Shown in pieces: positions 1-15,027 of a DNA stretch of 64,000 nucleotides (within the stretch, counting starts at the first letter, position 1; every line of letters begins with the position of its first letter). Origin of the DNA: Chrysomallon squamiferum (lineage: Eukaryota > Animalia > Mollusca); the NCBI GenBank assembly GCA_012295275.1, contig CM022679.1, positions 30,318,001-30,382,000 on the forward strand. Reading direction: 5' to 3'. The translations under genes were made by a program, and so were the position numbers. Under the pieces are notes generated by a model. That model was not told the origin of the DNA and made no database searches. It saw nothing but the letters and a program-made list of their open reading frames with translations.

Positions 1-599
1 TGTCTCTCTCTCTCTCTCTTTGACAGGTAGATCTACGTACAGTGATGTTGACTTGTGTTTCTGTTTCACTTTATCTCTGCCATATGTTAATCAGCTGGTT
101 GCTTAGGAAACAGAAGATAGTTTGACTTATCTTTAACTGTGCACCTGTTGAGGTGTCTGTCTGTCTGTCTGTCCATGCACATCTGCTTAAGTACTGTTTA
201 AGAGTCTTTGTGGTATTGTGTGTGTATGTGTGTGTACAAGTGTGTGCATGTGCATGTGTATGTGTGTTTGTGCACATATATATATTGTTTTTGTGTTTTT
301 GTGTTTGTGCATGTACAAACCTATGCACATATATTTAAAATGTTTGAGACAAATTCAGTAATTCAAATTCAGATATTTAAAAGGATATAAATTATATTCA
401 CAATATAATTAAATGTAATTTACATACTTAAATCTCGTGTCACTATCCATCACTGAATAATCCAAACTAATTTCTTATTAATTTTGGGGATATTCGACAG
501 TTCAGTTTCTCAGACATATGTAAGAAATTCGATGATCCTGATAAGACTTGTATTCTTTGGTAACTGAAATGTGTGTATTGTTTAATGTTTATTATTTAA

Positions 600-810
600 T
601 TTTGTTGTTACTGTTGTTATGTGGTTTTATTGTTACCTATTTGTGTTGCTGTTACTGTTATTTTTGTTAATATCAGTATTATTATGTTATTGTTATTATT
701 ATTATCTTGCCATCATCATTATTAATACTATTAATATTATTACAATTGTTTTTACCGTTATTATTATCACCATTGTCCTTATTTTTGCATTTATTTTTTT
801 ATTATTTATT

Positions 811-848
<38 letters not shown>

Positions 849-958
849 CATTATTGTCATCAATATTATTACTATCATTATTACCATTGTTTTTAATAAT
901 ATTATTATTACAGTTAGAATTGTTATTGTTGCGGTTGTTGTTACTGTTGTTGTTGTTG
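600..958. repeat. Degenerate (ATT/GTT)n trinucleotide microsatellite
   Basis: Seen directly; explains ORFs 619..1083 and 707..1093. Confidence 0.85.
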
Positions 959-967
959 CCATTTCAG

Positions 968-1066
968 AGTGGATTCACTCCACTGCACATTGCTGCTCAC
1001 TATGGCAACACAAATGTCGCCAAACTTCTGATTACACGAGGAGCAGAGGTCAACTTCAAGGCCAAG
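968..1066 (+). CDS. Ank2: Ankyrin exon, ANK repeat 7 ([33 protein letters not shown])
   Basis: tttcag acceptor, 99 nt, gtcagt donor, phase 0-0. Confidence 0.95.
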
Positions 1067-4000
1067 GTCAGTGTTTATTTTAAAAATATATAATTAACTG
1101 TGTATATATTGAAAAAGAATCAATCACTGACATCTAAAAATAATATGAAATTTATTTTTATATTCATTAAGTTATTTTATTTAAATAATATAATTCTTTT
1201 ATGATATTGATAAAAAAATAAATATATAAATAAATATATTAATTTAAATAAATGAATAAACAAACAAAAAACAGAAAAAAAGAAGAAAATATATAGAAAT
1301 TAAAATTAAACAAAAATAAAAATAAAATAAAAATAAAAATCAGTGAAATAAATAAATAAAATTGCACTTCTTGCATTAATCATATAATAGAATATATATA
1401 TTAATCTAAAGAAAAAAGAAAGAGAATAAAATAAAACAAAATAAAACTGCCTTGATGTATTTTCAGAACAACATCACCCCACTTCATGTTGCATCTCGCT
1501 GGGGCAAAGCCAACATGGTGACCTTGTTGCTTGACAACGGAGCTACTATTGATGAGCGAACCAGAGTAAGAAGATACAAAAATATCTTTAGTTGTTTTTT
1601 TTTTGTAAATTACATGAAATCAAAATACAATTTTTTTCCTTATTTAGTTTATGTGAAATAATGATTAGTGTTTTTTTTTTTTTCTTGTTTTTAATGGAAA
1701 GTTAAATAATAAATTATTAATCTGAACACATTCTACACAATGAAAAGGGGTGAAAAGAAATACCAAAAACAATTTTTTGTTAATAATTTTTTTAATTACT
1801 TTTATCTCTAGCAGAGTGTTCAAGAGTTAGAAATTAATATTTCAGTTTTTAAATTAGTAAAGTTTTATAAATGAATGATTGTAAGGAAATGTTTTTTTTT
1901 TTTTTTTTCTCTAGTTGCTGGTTAAGACTAATTTATGATTATTTTTCAAATTCTTGCTGTTATTAATTATAATTAAAAGCAGTTATAAAATGGATATAAT
2001 TTTCTGAATTTCATTTTGTCACATTTAATGCCAAGTTAAATGTTAAATTTTTAAAATTGTAATTTAATTCCAGGATGGATTAACTCCCTTGCACTGTGCA
2101 TCTCGTTCTGGTCATGAAGGGGTTGTCGATCTTCTGCTGGAGCGCGGAGCTCCCAACTCTTCAAAAACAAAGGTAAGTTCAACATGGCATTTATTTAAAT
2201 ATTTATTTATGTTATTTATTTAGGTATTTTCATTTCTTTTTTATAGAAACATTTACATTTTTTTTTCTTTTATCTGAAAACACTTAAATTGTATGCCCTA
2301 AGTGCATAAAAGTCATTAAATATTAAAAATACAATCATCAGTAATTACATTAACATTTTGGCCTCAGATACACACAAACTGAAGTACTATTTGGGTTGAA
2401 AATATTAATATACTTATTACTACTGTTGTTTATTTTCAATTTCAATATTTTTTTTCAGAATGGACTGACTCCATTGCATATGGCTGCCCAGGGCGACCAT
2501 GTTGATTGTGCCCGTCTGCTTCTGTACCATAAAGCACACCTGGATGAAATCACAGTGGTAAGTTAAATATTGTTTATTTCCTCTTCCAAAGATTTAAAAA
2601 ATGTTCTTTATTAATTTTTTTTTTTATTAAATTTATTACTATTATTCTTATTATTATCAGTTCATCAAAAATAATTATTCTGTAACAATTAGTTATTGTT
2701 TTTATTATTACTAAGTTTTTTTTTTTTTTTTTTTACTTTTTAGTAATAAATGTTAATTTTCATTACAAAGATAATAACTTTGATTCTTTTATTATGCATT
2801 TATATTCTTGAACTTTAAAAGAAAATTGATTTCATTATATTTATTCATTTATTTAATTTAATTTATTAATTTGTTTTTCTCCCAGGATTACTTGACACCT
2901 CTGCATGTAGCAGCTCACTGTGGAAATGTGAAAACAGCAAAACTTCTGCTTGACAGGAAGTGTGAAGCCAATGCCAGAGCTTTGGTATGCTACTTTCTAT
3001 ACATTATTATGTTTCACACTTTGATCTTTATTCAATAAAATTATTAAAATGTATTTTATTTTTGTACTACTTTCTATACATTTATTATGTTTTACACCTT
3101 TGATCTTCATTCAGTAAAATTTTAAAAGTATATTTCTAAAATTATAAATTCAGTTTTGTACTATATGCTATTCTGTCATTTTCTGTATTACTAAAAGGAC
3201 TACAAAAATAGTATCTTATTTGTTGGATTTAAAAAAGTTTATCTTATTTAAAGGGTTGACATGTGATGTTTTTGTTTTCAGAATGGCTTCACTCCACTGC
3301 ACATTGCCTGTAAGAAGAACAGAATCAAGGTCGTGGAGTTGCTCCTGAAGTATGGAGCCTCCATTGAGGCAACCACAGAGGTAAGCATTTTTCCTTTTTA
3401 TTATTTTAAGATCTTTTTTGTCTTTGTAGTATTTAGAAAGTTACATTTTAATCTTATATTATTATTGTTAACTGCAGTTATTATATTTAAAAATAAAAAT
3501 AAAAACATTTTGAAGTCATTAAACTCATCTATTCAATTGTTATTTTTATATGTTATTGATATTGTTGTTATTTATATTATTATTACTATTATTATTATTA
3601 TTTTACATTCTTGTGCAGTCTGGCCTCACACCACTCCACGTTGCCAGCTTCATGGGTCACATGAACATCGTCATCTACCTGATACAGCACAACGCCAACC
3701 CCAACACCCCAACACTGCGAGGAGAGACATCGTTGCATCTGGCAGCACGAGCCAACCAGACAGACATCATCCGCATCCTGCTGAGAAACAATGCGATGGT
3801 TGATGCTACAGCTCGGGTTTGTAAACTTCGACTAGTTCATAAATCTAATTATTATCACATGTTTTTTTATTATGATTGGGTTAGCTTTGATAAAAATTTC
3901 AAGTTCTCTTAATGATTTGTAGCAGGAAAAATATTTCTTTTATTTAAACATTTATTTTGTGTGATTTCAATAATTGTAAAATTATTTTTAATTAAGTTTG

Positions 4001-7000
4001 TTTAGCATATTTCACTGATTTCGATTTCTATGAGAACTTTTTATAAATTTTTCAGTGAAGTTCCCTTTCTTTATTTCATCTTTGCTTCTGTATTTCTATT
4101 TTTTTTAATAACAATAATTTCTCCATATTATTTTATTAAAATAACTTTTGCCTTTAATAAGTCTTTAATAATATTTGATTCTCTTATTTAAAAATAAAAA
4201 AAATAAATTCATTTCTTTAAAACACAATTTCTGTTTTAAACTACAGGAGAAACAGACACCACTGCACATTGCAGCCCGACTTGGCAATGTTGACAACGTT
4301 GTCCTACTGCTGCAACATGCCGCATCGCCGGATGCTGTCACCAAGGACTTGTACACTCCACTGCACATTGCTGCGAAGGAAGGACACGAAGAAGTGGCCC
4401 AAGTCCTGTTAGAACATGGCGCATCACATGACATGACCACCAAGGTAGATAACTCTAAATACTTACATTAACCCTCTTTTATTAATTTTGTTTTGGCTTT
4501 GATTAAAAGAAAGAATAAATAAACCAGTAAATACAAATTGATATAAGAATAATAATTATTTTTGAAATTAATATGTTCATTAAACAGTCTAAACATAAAT
4601 TTGAAAAAATGCTTAATTAAAAAATTCGAAGAAAACAATTCCAATCAAAGAAAAAAGTTTAAAGTAACAAAATCATAATGAAATTAAAATATATCATTTT
4701 CATTAATAATAATAATAATAATAATAACTAATAATAATAATAACAGTAATAATAATAGTAGTAGTAATATAACTACTACTACTACTACTACTAAATTATA
4801 ATAATAATTTAAACTGGAAACTGTTTTTTTGGATTAAAACTAAATTTCTTTCTGTTGATGTTTACAGAAAGGGTTCACTCCCCTGCATATCGCTGCCAAA
4901 TATGGAAACATCAAAGTTGCTCGTCTGCTGCTGCAGAAAGACGCCAACCCCGACGTGCAGGGCAAGAACGGACTGACCCCGCTCCACGTCGCCACTCACT
5001 ACAACCACGTCAACGTCGCGCAGCTGCTGCTCGAACACAAAGCTAACCCACATGCAGCTGCAAAGGTGAGATAACTCTAAATAAAGATAAATCTTTAAAA
5101 AAAGAAAAAAAAAAAGAAATTATTTATTAATACCAAAATTACATTAAATAGTTAAATACTCAAAAAGTGATCTTACTGCAGTTGATTTTACTTTTGTGAT
5201 AAGTCTGTGACTAAAATGTAACTTCATCGAGTAGTTTTAAAACATAAAAACTAATAACATTGGCCTTTTTCAAACATCATTTTCTTTCCTTTTACAAAAT
5301 CTTCCAAAATAAAAATACAGATTTAATATTATTTTTTTTCACTAGATAATGAAGTCTTCAGAATTTTTATTATCTTTTATGCAAAAAATGATGAAAACCC
5401 CCCCCCCAAAACCTCCAAAACAACAAAAATCGAGAATACTTTCTTATCAGACTCTCCCAGCAAAAAAAACAACAACAACAAAACACACACAAAAAAGAAT
5501 TAACAAAAATACCCCAAAGTCCAAAGAATTCAATGTACATGATTACATTATTTAACTAAAATATGGACAAACGTATTTGTATTTTTGATTTCTTCGTTTC
5601 AGAATGGTTACACTCCTCTGCACATCGCTGCCAAGAAAAACCAGATGGACATTGCCACCACCTTACTGGAGTATGGCGCTAAACCAGACGCAGAATCTAA
5701 GGTGAACACATTTTCTTAACCAAACAAGTTTATTTTAATCTTTTGTAATCACACATTTTACTCTTTCATACATGAAAATTAACTTGTCTTTTGTTCTTTG
5801 TTACTTTGGTAACTCTTAAAATTTTATTTTATTTTTATTGGATTTAATTTTTTTTCAGAATGGTTTCACTCCTCTACATCTGGCAGCCCAGGAGGGACAC
5901 ACAGACATGGTTTCACTTCTGCTCGAACACAAAGCAGACGTCAATTCCAAGGCACACGTAAGTTGTGATTTTTAACAAAAATCTTTTAATAGTTTCTGTA
6001 TATAATTTAAGTTTAATTCCTTTTTGCTTGTGTGAAACCAGATAGTAAAAGTATTGAAGAATAATTTTTAAATAAAGCTTATTAAAAATTTAAAAAACAA
6101 ATTTAAAAAAATTTCTGTGATGATTAAGAAGTCAGAAGTAAAAAAAAAAATGTTTTCTTGTTGACCCTTTCACAGTTGAGATATGGTTGATGGTTTATAT
6201 GTAAGTACAACAATTGCAAGATTTAATATTAGAAATCATTTCAGCATATTTCTGAAAGGTTTGTTTGATCGTTAAATTTGTTTTCATAATATTTTATTTT
6301 TATTGTTATTTTTTTAAAAAACACTAAATAATTAGTTGATCTGTTATTATTAATTAATATCTTTAAAACAAAATTATACTTCTTGTATTACCATTGTAAT
6401 CATTGTTGATACTGTTATTATTGCAGTTATTGTTATTAATTCTGTTGTTCTTACTATCAGAATAAGTACTATTATTATTGCTATTCTTCTTCTTCTTCAC
6501 ATTATTATTATTATTGTTTTAGTTATTATTACAGTTATTGTTATTATTGTTATTACTACTACTATTAATAGTATTATTATTACTACTACTACTATTACTA
6601 CTATTGCTAATATTATTGTTACTGTTATTAATATTATTATTGTTATTGTTGTTATTACTATTACTATTATTGTTAATGTTATTGATATTGTTATTATTAG
6701 TTATTATTGTTGTTATTGATATTGTTATTATTACTGTTATTATTATTATTATTGTTATTGTTGTTATTATTATTACTGTTATTGTTATTGTTATTACTGT
6801 TATTACTGTAGAATGGACTGACTCCTATGCATCTAGCGGCTCAAGAAGACAAAGTAGCAGTGGCTGAAATTCTCAAGAAATACGGATCTGAGGTTGATCC
6901 ACAAACAAAGGTAACACACCTTTAATTACCTGTTTATTTTATTTTATTTGCTGTTGACAAATGGGAAATAAAATGTGTAATTATTAGTAAACTGTTCAGT

Positions 7001-7444
7001 GTAAATTAAATATTATTGCCTGATTTTATTTTGGATCAAAACATCACCGCTTTCATTTTAGACATTTCAGCATTACCAAGTTTTAGCAAATATTAAACAT
7101 TATTTATAATATGCAGGCTGGTTACACTCCACTGCACACAGCGTGTCATTTCGGTCAAATCAACATGGTCAGATTCCTGCTGGACAAGGAAGCCTCAGTG
7201 AATGCCTCCACTAAGGTAATTTATTTATTTATTTATTTATTCTTATTTGTTTATTTATTATTTATTAATTTATTTATTTGTTACATTTATTGTTCAGTAA
7301 TCAAATTTACTTTCTATTAAAGTAATATGTTAACAAATTATTTATTTATTTATTTATTAGTTTATTTATTTGTTACATTTATTGTTCAGTAATCAAATAT
7401 ACTTTCTATTAAAGTAATATGTTAACAAATTATTTATTTATTTT

Positions 7445-7503
<59 letters not shown>

Positions 7504-10500
7504 TTATTTTGTTTGTTTCAGTTGGGCTACACCCCCCTCCACCAAGCGGCACAACAGGGACATGTTCAGGTTTGCAACGTGCTGCTGAAGAACGAAGCTT
7601 CACCAAATGCTGTGACAAATGTACGTTTTGTTTTATATTACTACTTTCAGTACGTTTTGTTTTATATTACTACTTTCAGTACGTTTTGTTTTATATTACT
7701 ACTTTCAGTACGTTTTGTTTTTAATTGTTACTTTCAGTATAAATTATGTCATCTTCCATGTCACTAATGTGGAGAGGTTCATGTTTATGAGAAAAAAGAA
7801 TAAATAAGTAATTAAAATCTTTTAAATTATTTGTTAAAATGTTCCTAAATGGACCAGAGAAAATTAACAAAAAAGAAATTAAGAAATAATGAAATGATAA
7901 ATAAAAAAAAACCCATTAAACAAACTTAAAAATATATTGAATAAAATAAATGAAACTTGCTTGCAGAATGGACAGACAGCTCTTGCCATAGCCCAGAAAC
8001 TCAACTACATCAACGTAGTTGACGTGCTGAAGGATGTGACATCGGTGGAGCAAACGCTGCCTGTCTCTGAGGATAAGTACAAGGTTGTCTCCCCTGAAAC
8101 CATGCAGGAGACACTCATTTCGGACTCAGAGGATGAAGGAGGTAAATTTAAAAATTTGAATTTTAAATTTAATATTTTTGTCATACAAATATTACTACAT
8201 AAGAAATTAAATTTTCTTTTTTTTTTCTTCTCAAAGATGCATTGAATTAAAATTCTTGATTATATATGTTAATTATTGGTTATGTATGTTTTAACTTTTT
8301 TTTTTTTTTAGAAAAGTCTTTAGGTGATAGAATTAAGATTGAAAGCAAAATTATTATTGTTTTTAAATCCCAAATTTTTCACATTAATAAACTAATTTAA
8401 TTCATTCCCAAAATTCTTAATTTCCTGGTAAAGCATTTTATTTTTTTTTAAAAAAACTTTTCTCCTTTATTATTATTATTTTTTTTAATTTGGTGTGGAT
8501 TAGGTAGCCCTAATTGTACATGTTCCTCTCTGGGAAAAAAACTAAAATTATTTATAATTTTATATTTATATTTATATAAACATAAAAAGAAAAACAGAAA
8601 ATTATTCATATTATTTTATATATAGATATTTTTTTTTAATAATTTACAGACACAAAATAAACTGATATTTAACAGCAGAATTATTGAAAGAACAAATAAA
8701 TCTATTATTTTCTATTTCAAAAATACATTATCTTCAACAGGGTTTTAATTACTTCCATATGATCTGCATGTAGCAAAATGTTTACACTAATAATTACATT
8801 TAAACATTTCTTTTATATGTTTATGTCTTTCTTCGTTAAACTAGTTACGAGAGAAAAAAAAAAACAATTTCTGAATTCGTTTTCACGGATTTCAAACTAA
8901 ATAAATTGTGTTCTTACAAAAGGTGTCAATATAGGTGACATATCAATCATCACATTTTCGGGTCACCTGAGAGGTAAAACTACATGTCCTGTCCTTAACA
9001 CCTGTCCATCAGTCCGTCCTGTTTTCTTGACAACAACAATTAACACTTGTCCCAGTTTTCTGTTGCCTTTTTTTTTTTTTCATGTCAGGTGGTTGGGTTT
9101 CTGTTGGCTTTGCTTCTAACTGGAGGAAAATAATAAAGTTTATTTTTCAAAAATATATTGGCAATGGAATCTTTATGAAATGCACAACTTAATCTCTCTA
9201 ATAAATAAATAAATAAATGAAAATAATAATAATAACAATAATAATAATAAATACTTACAACTGTTAACTATATTGCTGAAGCTTATTTTATTCTAATAGT
9301 GGTGTTTATGAATAATACTTAGATGTAAATTATTATTATTTTTTTTTTTTAAATGTTATTTCAGCATAAAGAGTTCTTTTGAAAACAGTTTACATGAAAA
9401 ATAATTATAAAATTAACTGACGTTAAAATAGACATTTCAAAATTTTTAAATTTGTTTATGACTAACTCGGGGTTTTAAGAATTTGGGATAGTACATTAAC
9501 ATTTTACTGTGCTTAAGGGTGGTGTGGTTTTGGTTACAGGTGAGATTTAAATTGTATTTTTTAGGTCACATGATTATATCATGTTGCATTATATTATTTT
9601 TTAATTCAGTTTTTTTCCCAATCCAGCCAACGTCTCTCACATTTAAGTAACAAGTGGCTACTTAATATTTTATTACGTACATAATTTAGACCACATTAAC
9701 AGTAACTATCATTCATTTTTTCATATCCGTATTAACCAAAATATTTCAACATGAAATGATAGAAAAAAAAAAAAAAAATCCAGTTTTATTTAACCAAGAT
9801 ATTAAATAAAGGAAATATATTTTTATTTTTTTAAACTTTAAACAGGAATGTCGCCCAAACTTGCTCCCCGGCGCATTGAATACCAGTCTGGTGATTCAGT
9901 GTTTTTTGATGACCAGACCAAGAACCCACTGAGTAGGATTAGAAACATATATTATATCTGCTATATATCTCATACCATACTGACCAGATTTTTATACCCT
10001 TGGTCAAATAGCCAGCAGTTTTAACATGTTCTAAACCAGTTCTGATTATGTACATTTGAAGCTGGATTTGTAAAAGAAAAGTAATCATTTTAATGTCATC
10101 TTAATTTTAAAAAATAAGAAAATGTTTCTTTGGCAAAAATATTAAAACTATTTCAGCATTTTTTTTTTTTTTTCTTTAACATAAATATTTTATAATACGA
10201 TGATGGTGATGTTGATGATAAAATTTAAACTTCTTATAACAAAATTTTTATAGAAATAGATTTTATTTATTGTTTGGAAGATTAAAAAAATAAATTTTAC
10301 AAAAATATATATATACAAACATATTTTTTCAGATGGAAAATACACATGAATATATTTTTTTATCAAAAAGATTTATGAAATGGACTAATTTTGATAATAC
10401 TTTTCAATTTCCTTTGAAAATTCATAAAATCCTAAATGGCAGTTTAGAATTATTTATTTTTATTTTATTTTATTTTATTTTATACAATTATAAATTAAAA

Positions 10501-11549
10501 TAAGAAATGGATATCTATTTTATATTTTAAAAACTGGTTTAAACTTGTTCAAAACATGGCTATATTCAGATGAATTGAAAGCATGGTTTAATTAAAATAC
10601 CAACACATACTACTTTCTGTAAAGCCCATTATAATTTTCTTTGTGTGGTCTGAATGCTTTTAAATGAAATGTGGTAAAAAGAAAACACAACTGAAAAATA
10701 AAAGAAATGAATAGAATGAAAATACACTTAAATTATTATTTTTTTTTTTTTAAGATAAATTTAAATTTTCTAAAATGATGATAACTTTTATTTTCAAAAT
10801 AACACATTTTTAAAATTAAAATGTTAATTTGTTATTTTCCAAAAGAAATATTTAAAAAATATTTTCAAAACGATACAAAAAGAAAGGAAAAATAATAATG
10901 GCCAGAGAAAAAAAATGATATTTAAATCAATGATACAAAAACACATATAAACATTTTAAAATATTAATATTCAGAAATCAATGGATCCAATAAAATCAAT
11001 AAAATCAATAAAAACTGTATTCAGCATGGATCTATGTAACCATATTAAAATCTTCTTAATATGCACCACATTGATTATTTAACATAACCTTTGATCTTTT
11101 ATATAATATACATCTTAATCTGGCACCATCTTGTCATATATAATAACCAGATATATTATCCATCATATTATTACTCTTCTCACCATATATCCTTTGTATT
11201 ATACACCCCCCCTATGCAATTAAAAATAATAAAAATGCTGTGGAAACTTTTGTCTTTCCATGGCAGTTTTATCAACAACAGATATTTAAACAATATTTTA
11301 TTTTAGTTCATGGCAAAAAAAAAAAAAAATAAAAACCTATTATAGAATTTATGATTGCTGTGGATTATTCTAGGGATATTGTATGTTAATATGTAACATG
11401 TTTTTTTTTTTTTTTTTTTTTTTTAAATTATATTTTATTTCAGATGTATATTTTTATGAAAACTGAATAATTTTCAGTTTTAGTTTGCAGATGAAATTTG
11501 TTTAAACATTGTCAGCTTTTCCATACACTAAAAAAAAGAAGAAAAAAAA

Positions 11550-11601
<52 letters not shown>

Positions 11602-14600
11602 TAGCAAAAGAAAAGAAAAACAAATTATATAATGTCATTACTATTCCAGAGGTGGGTTGCCTGCCATCATCTCTCTCTTTATAATAAGACTTATTTAAAT
11701 TCTTACATTTCTGTTTTAATTGTCATTAATTAATCAAAAATTCTACATACATTTTTTTTAATTTTGAAATTATATTGATTCTGGCTAAAAAAAAACAGAG
11801 GATTTTTACAAAATTTTATATTGTGTTTTTTTAAAATTTTATTAAAATATTCCTCCATTTATGCAACTGTGAGGATATATTTTAATCTGAATGATTTAAG
11901 TTTGGGATAGTATAATTTTTATAAAAACAAGAATAATAAATAAATAAATAAGATTAAAAAAAAAGAGAACATTAAAAAAAACATAATAATAATAAAAAAA
12001 TAATAATTAAAAAATGAAAAAATTAACAAAAAAAAAAAAAAAAGAACAAGAAAAATGAAAAAGAAAAACATGACTGAAAGACTGGCACTGTTTGAATAAA
12101 CAGATTTCACTAGGTATTTAATTTTTACAGCCAAGTGCAGAGATTTATGTATTTAACCCAGTAACCAGGCAACAACACATGTTAGCCTGTCACACTGTGT
12201 GTATTTTTAAAACTGTTGTTTTAACTCATGCTGCTGTAGGAGATGACTTCATGCCCCAGTCCCCTCTGTTTGGAAAACCTCTGTCCGAACAACATGTCTA
12301 TCTGTCTTATTACGAAGGCCAAAAGTTGCAGAATCGTAAGTTGCCATGACAACCATTCCTGTGTCGGTGTGCTCCCAGTGAAATCTGCATTCTTCTGCAT
12401 GTTGTCAGTGTACTATCAGTTCATCTGCACTGCTTGGTCATGGGGGAAAATGATAGAGGGGTGGGGGAGTGTGAAAAAAGGGGAGATAATGAAAATATTG
12501 GGAAGCAACTCTTAGTATACTTGATTTGATTTTTTTATTTAAATTTTTAGAATTTGATTTAAGTGATTGTGTAATTTCTCTTTTCAGTGATGTAGTTGTA
12601 TGTTTTCATTATGAATGAAAATTGTTCTGTTATTGTTTAGTGATACATAAAGCACAAAGGGTTGTGTTAGTGTTTTTTGTTTTTTTTTCGTGTCAGAATT
12701 TAGTTTTTGTGTTGTGGTTATCTGTACTCACTTAAATATTTGAAGCACATTAATTTAGATCATAGCATTATTTTATTTTAATTTATTTTGTAGAGATTAT
12801 AGAGTTTGGCACCATTTAGGAAAATAATAAATAAAAATTAAAAAGCTATTTTTAAATTAAGGACCTCTTACAGTTTTAATTAATTTTGAAACATGTTTTA
12901 ATGTTAAATACATGAAATAATACATGAAGTAAATTATAATCTTTAATATATATATATATATTGTTATTATTATTATTATTATTATTTTAATTGTTTCTTT
13001 TCATTAACATGAAATAACATAATACATATAAAAATATTCACATCTTAAATATTTTGAATTAAGTATATTCTCTGATAAATAAATATATAATACTTTAGCA
13101 TCATAATGTATTTTTTATTATAGGTAATGTTTAATATTTTGAATGTTAAATTTAAGTAATTTGCTGTGTTATATTTTGAATGTGTTTAAGAGTGAATTGA
13201 ATTTATTTACTGAAAAAAATAACAAGACTTTGAGATAATGTCTATATAAATACTTACAAATTAATTTAATAAATAATAATTAGTTAAAATAAGAATGACA
13301 AAAACTAAATTAAGTTACTAAAATAGTTTTTAACTAAGTTAGTTAATTATAATTATTACTATTACTATTGTTATTGTTGTTATTGTTATATGAAATTACT
13401 ATCCAGTTTAAAAAAATGTTGATACTGTGCTTAACGTAGGACCAAAAACAAACCATTTATAACTAATGCAATCCATGCATGCATTTGATGACAAGTGTAA
13501 TATGATTAATAAACTATGTATTACATTAATAAAGCATGATGCACCAACATTATAAACTATTTCTACTTATAGTTTTTGGGTAAATTGCATGATACACACT
13601 ATTCAGTGCAAAGATATATATATATATATAGATATATATAAGTAATTAAATACCGTACATTCTAATGAGATGATAAATACTTGAAGAAATAATTTAATTG
13701 TTTAATATTTTAATGTTGTTGTTGTTGTTGTTGTTGTTGTTATTCTTGTGATTGTTGTTGTTATTATAGTAAAAATAACAAATATTTACTTTTTCAAAAG
13801 TAATCACTATTAAAATATTAAAAGTAAGAAATTCTGAAAACCCTAAAATCTCCAAATGTTTGATTGTTTTAAAATCTTTTCTTAAATATTTATTTATGTG
13901 ACAAAAGATTTACAATTAATTAATTCTTTTGTATTTTTCATTACAAAAAAAACTATACAATTTATTTCATATTATTCACCTAATGATTGTTCCATTTTTC
14001 TATCTTCTTTACCAAAGATCTACAATTTTTAAAGTCTTGAATGTTACAGAGTTACGTTTTCTTGTTTTAGGCGAAGACAGTCTGTCTATGGAACGCGGTG
14101 GCAGCTTATCTCCCTTGGATGTTTCTTTTGACAAGGTAAACTCTGGTTTTACGCTAGTTTTGTTGTTTATCATTTCACTTAGACCCCCTCTCATTATGTG
14201 TGGTTTAATTTGGCATGCTCGTGCAACCTCATTTTTTTAATTTTATAAAATACAGCACACACACATAAACAAAAGAAGGATAAATTTTACAATGAACAAT
14301 AAAAATTAACTACTGACAAAAGAAAGCAGAGTTTCGTATGGATGTAAAAATAAAAAAAAGTATTAAAACAAAACAAAAATACACAAATATAATAATACTT
14401 AAAAAAGAAAGAAAGTGATGATGATGAAGATGATGATAATAAAATGTTTGAAAAAATTCCCCTTACTTAGAAAATTAAAAAGCAACAGACATGATTTCAC
14501 CCTGACATAAAAAAAAAATAAAAAAAAATAAAATAAAATAAAATAAATAAGTTAAATGAAAAAAAAATTGTATTAATTAATCAGAAAAAAAAACCCCCAA

Positions 14601-14992
14601 GAAACTCAACAATCCAACTAGAAAAGTGCACATTAAAAAAACAAAAGCAGCAAATTCAGAAAGATTCACACAAAATACATTATTAATTTTTTTTTTTTTA
14701 GAAAGGAAAAGATAAAATAATAAATAATAATAAAAAGAAATTATAAAAAAATTACTAATTAGTGTGCTGTGTTTCCAGTAGCTTTTTATTATTATTTAAA
14801 AAATTTAGTTTCATTTTATTCCTTGTTATTTTAGTTTATTTATTATTTACAAAGGTGTAGTCTGTAATTTATGTGCTGATTATCCAAGTAGATTTTTGTC
14901 ATGTTTTTCTAGAAAATCAGAGGTTCGTTATTTATGTATAATAATATTTCATAAATATAAAATAATTATTAGCTTGATGATAATGATGATGA

Positions 14993-15027
<35 letters not shown>

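Noticed and set aside
619-1093. Long hydrophobic ORFs (poly-I/L/N), also at 6538, 39845, 45550 and 48213
   Set aside because: They are translations of (ATT)n microsatellites; only the embedded ankyrin exons are real
4165-4443. Minus-strand ORFs overlapping exons (also 16599, 32449, 38980, 42020)
   Set aside because: Antisense shadows of GC-rich ankyrin exons
7621-7736. 29-bp repeats as a CRISPR array
   Set aside because: Head-to-tail with no spacers, inside a eukaryotic intron
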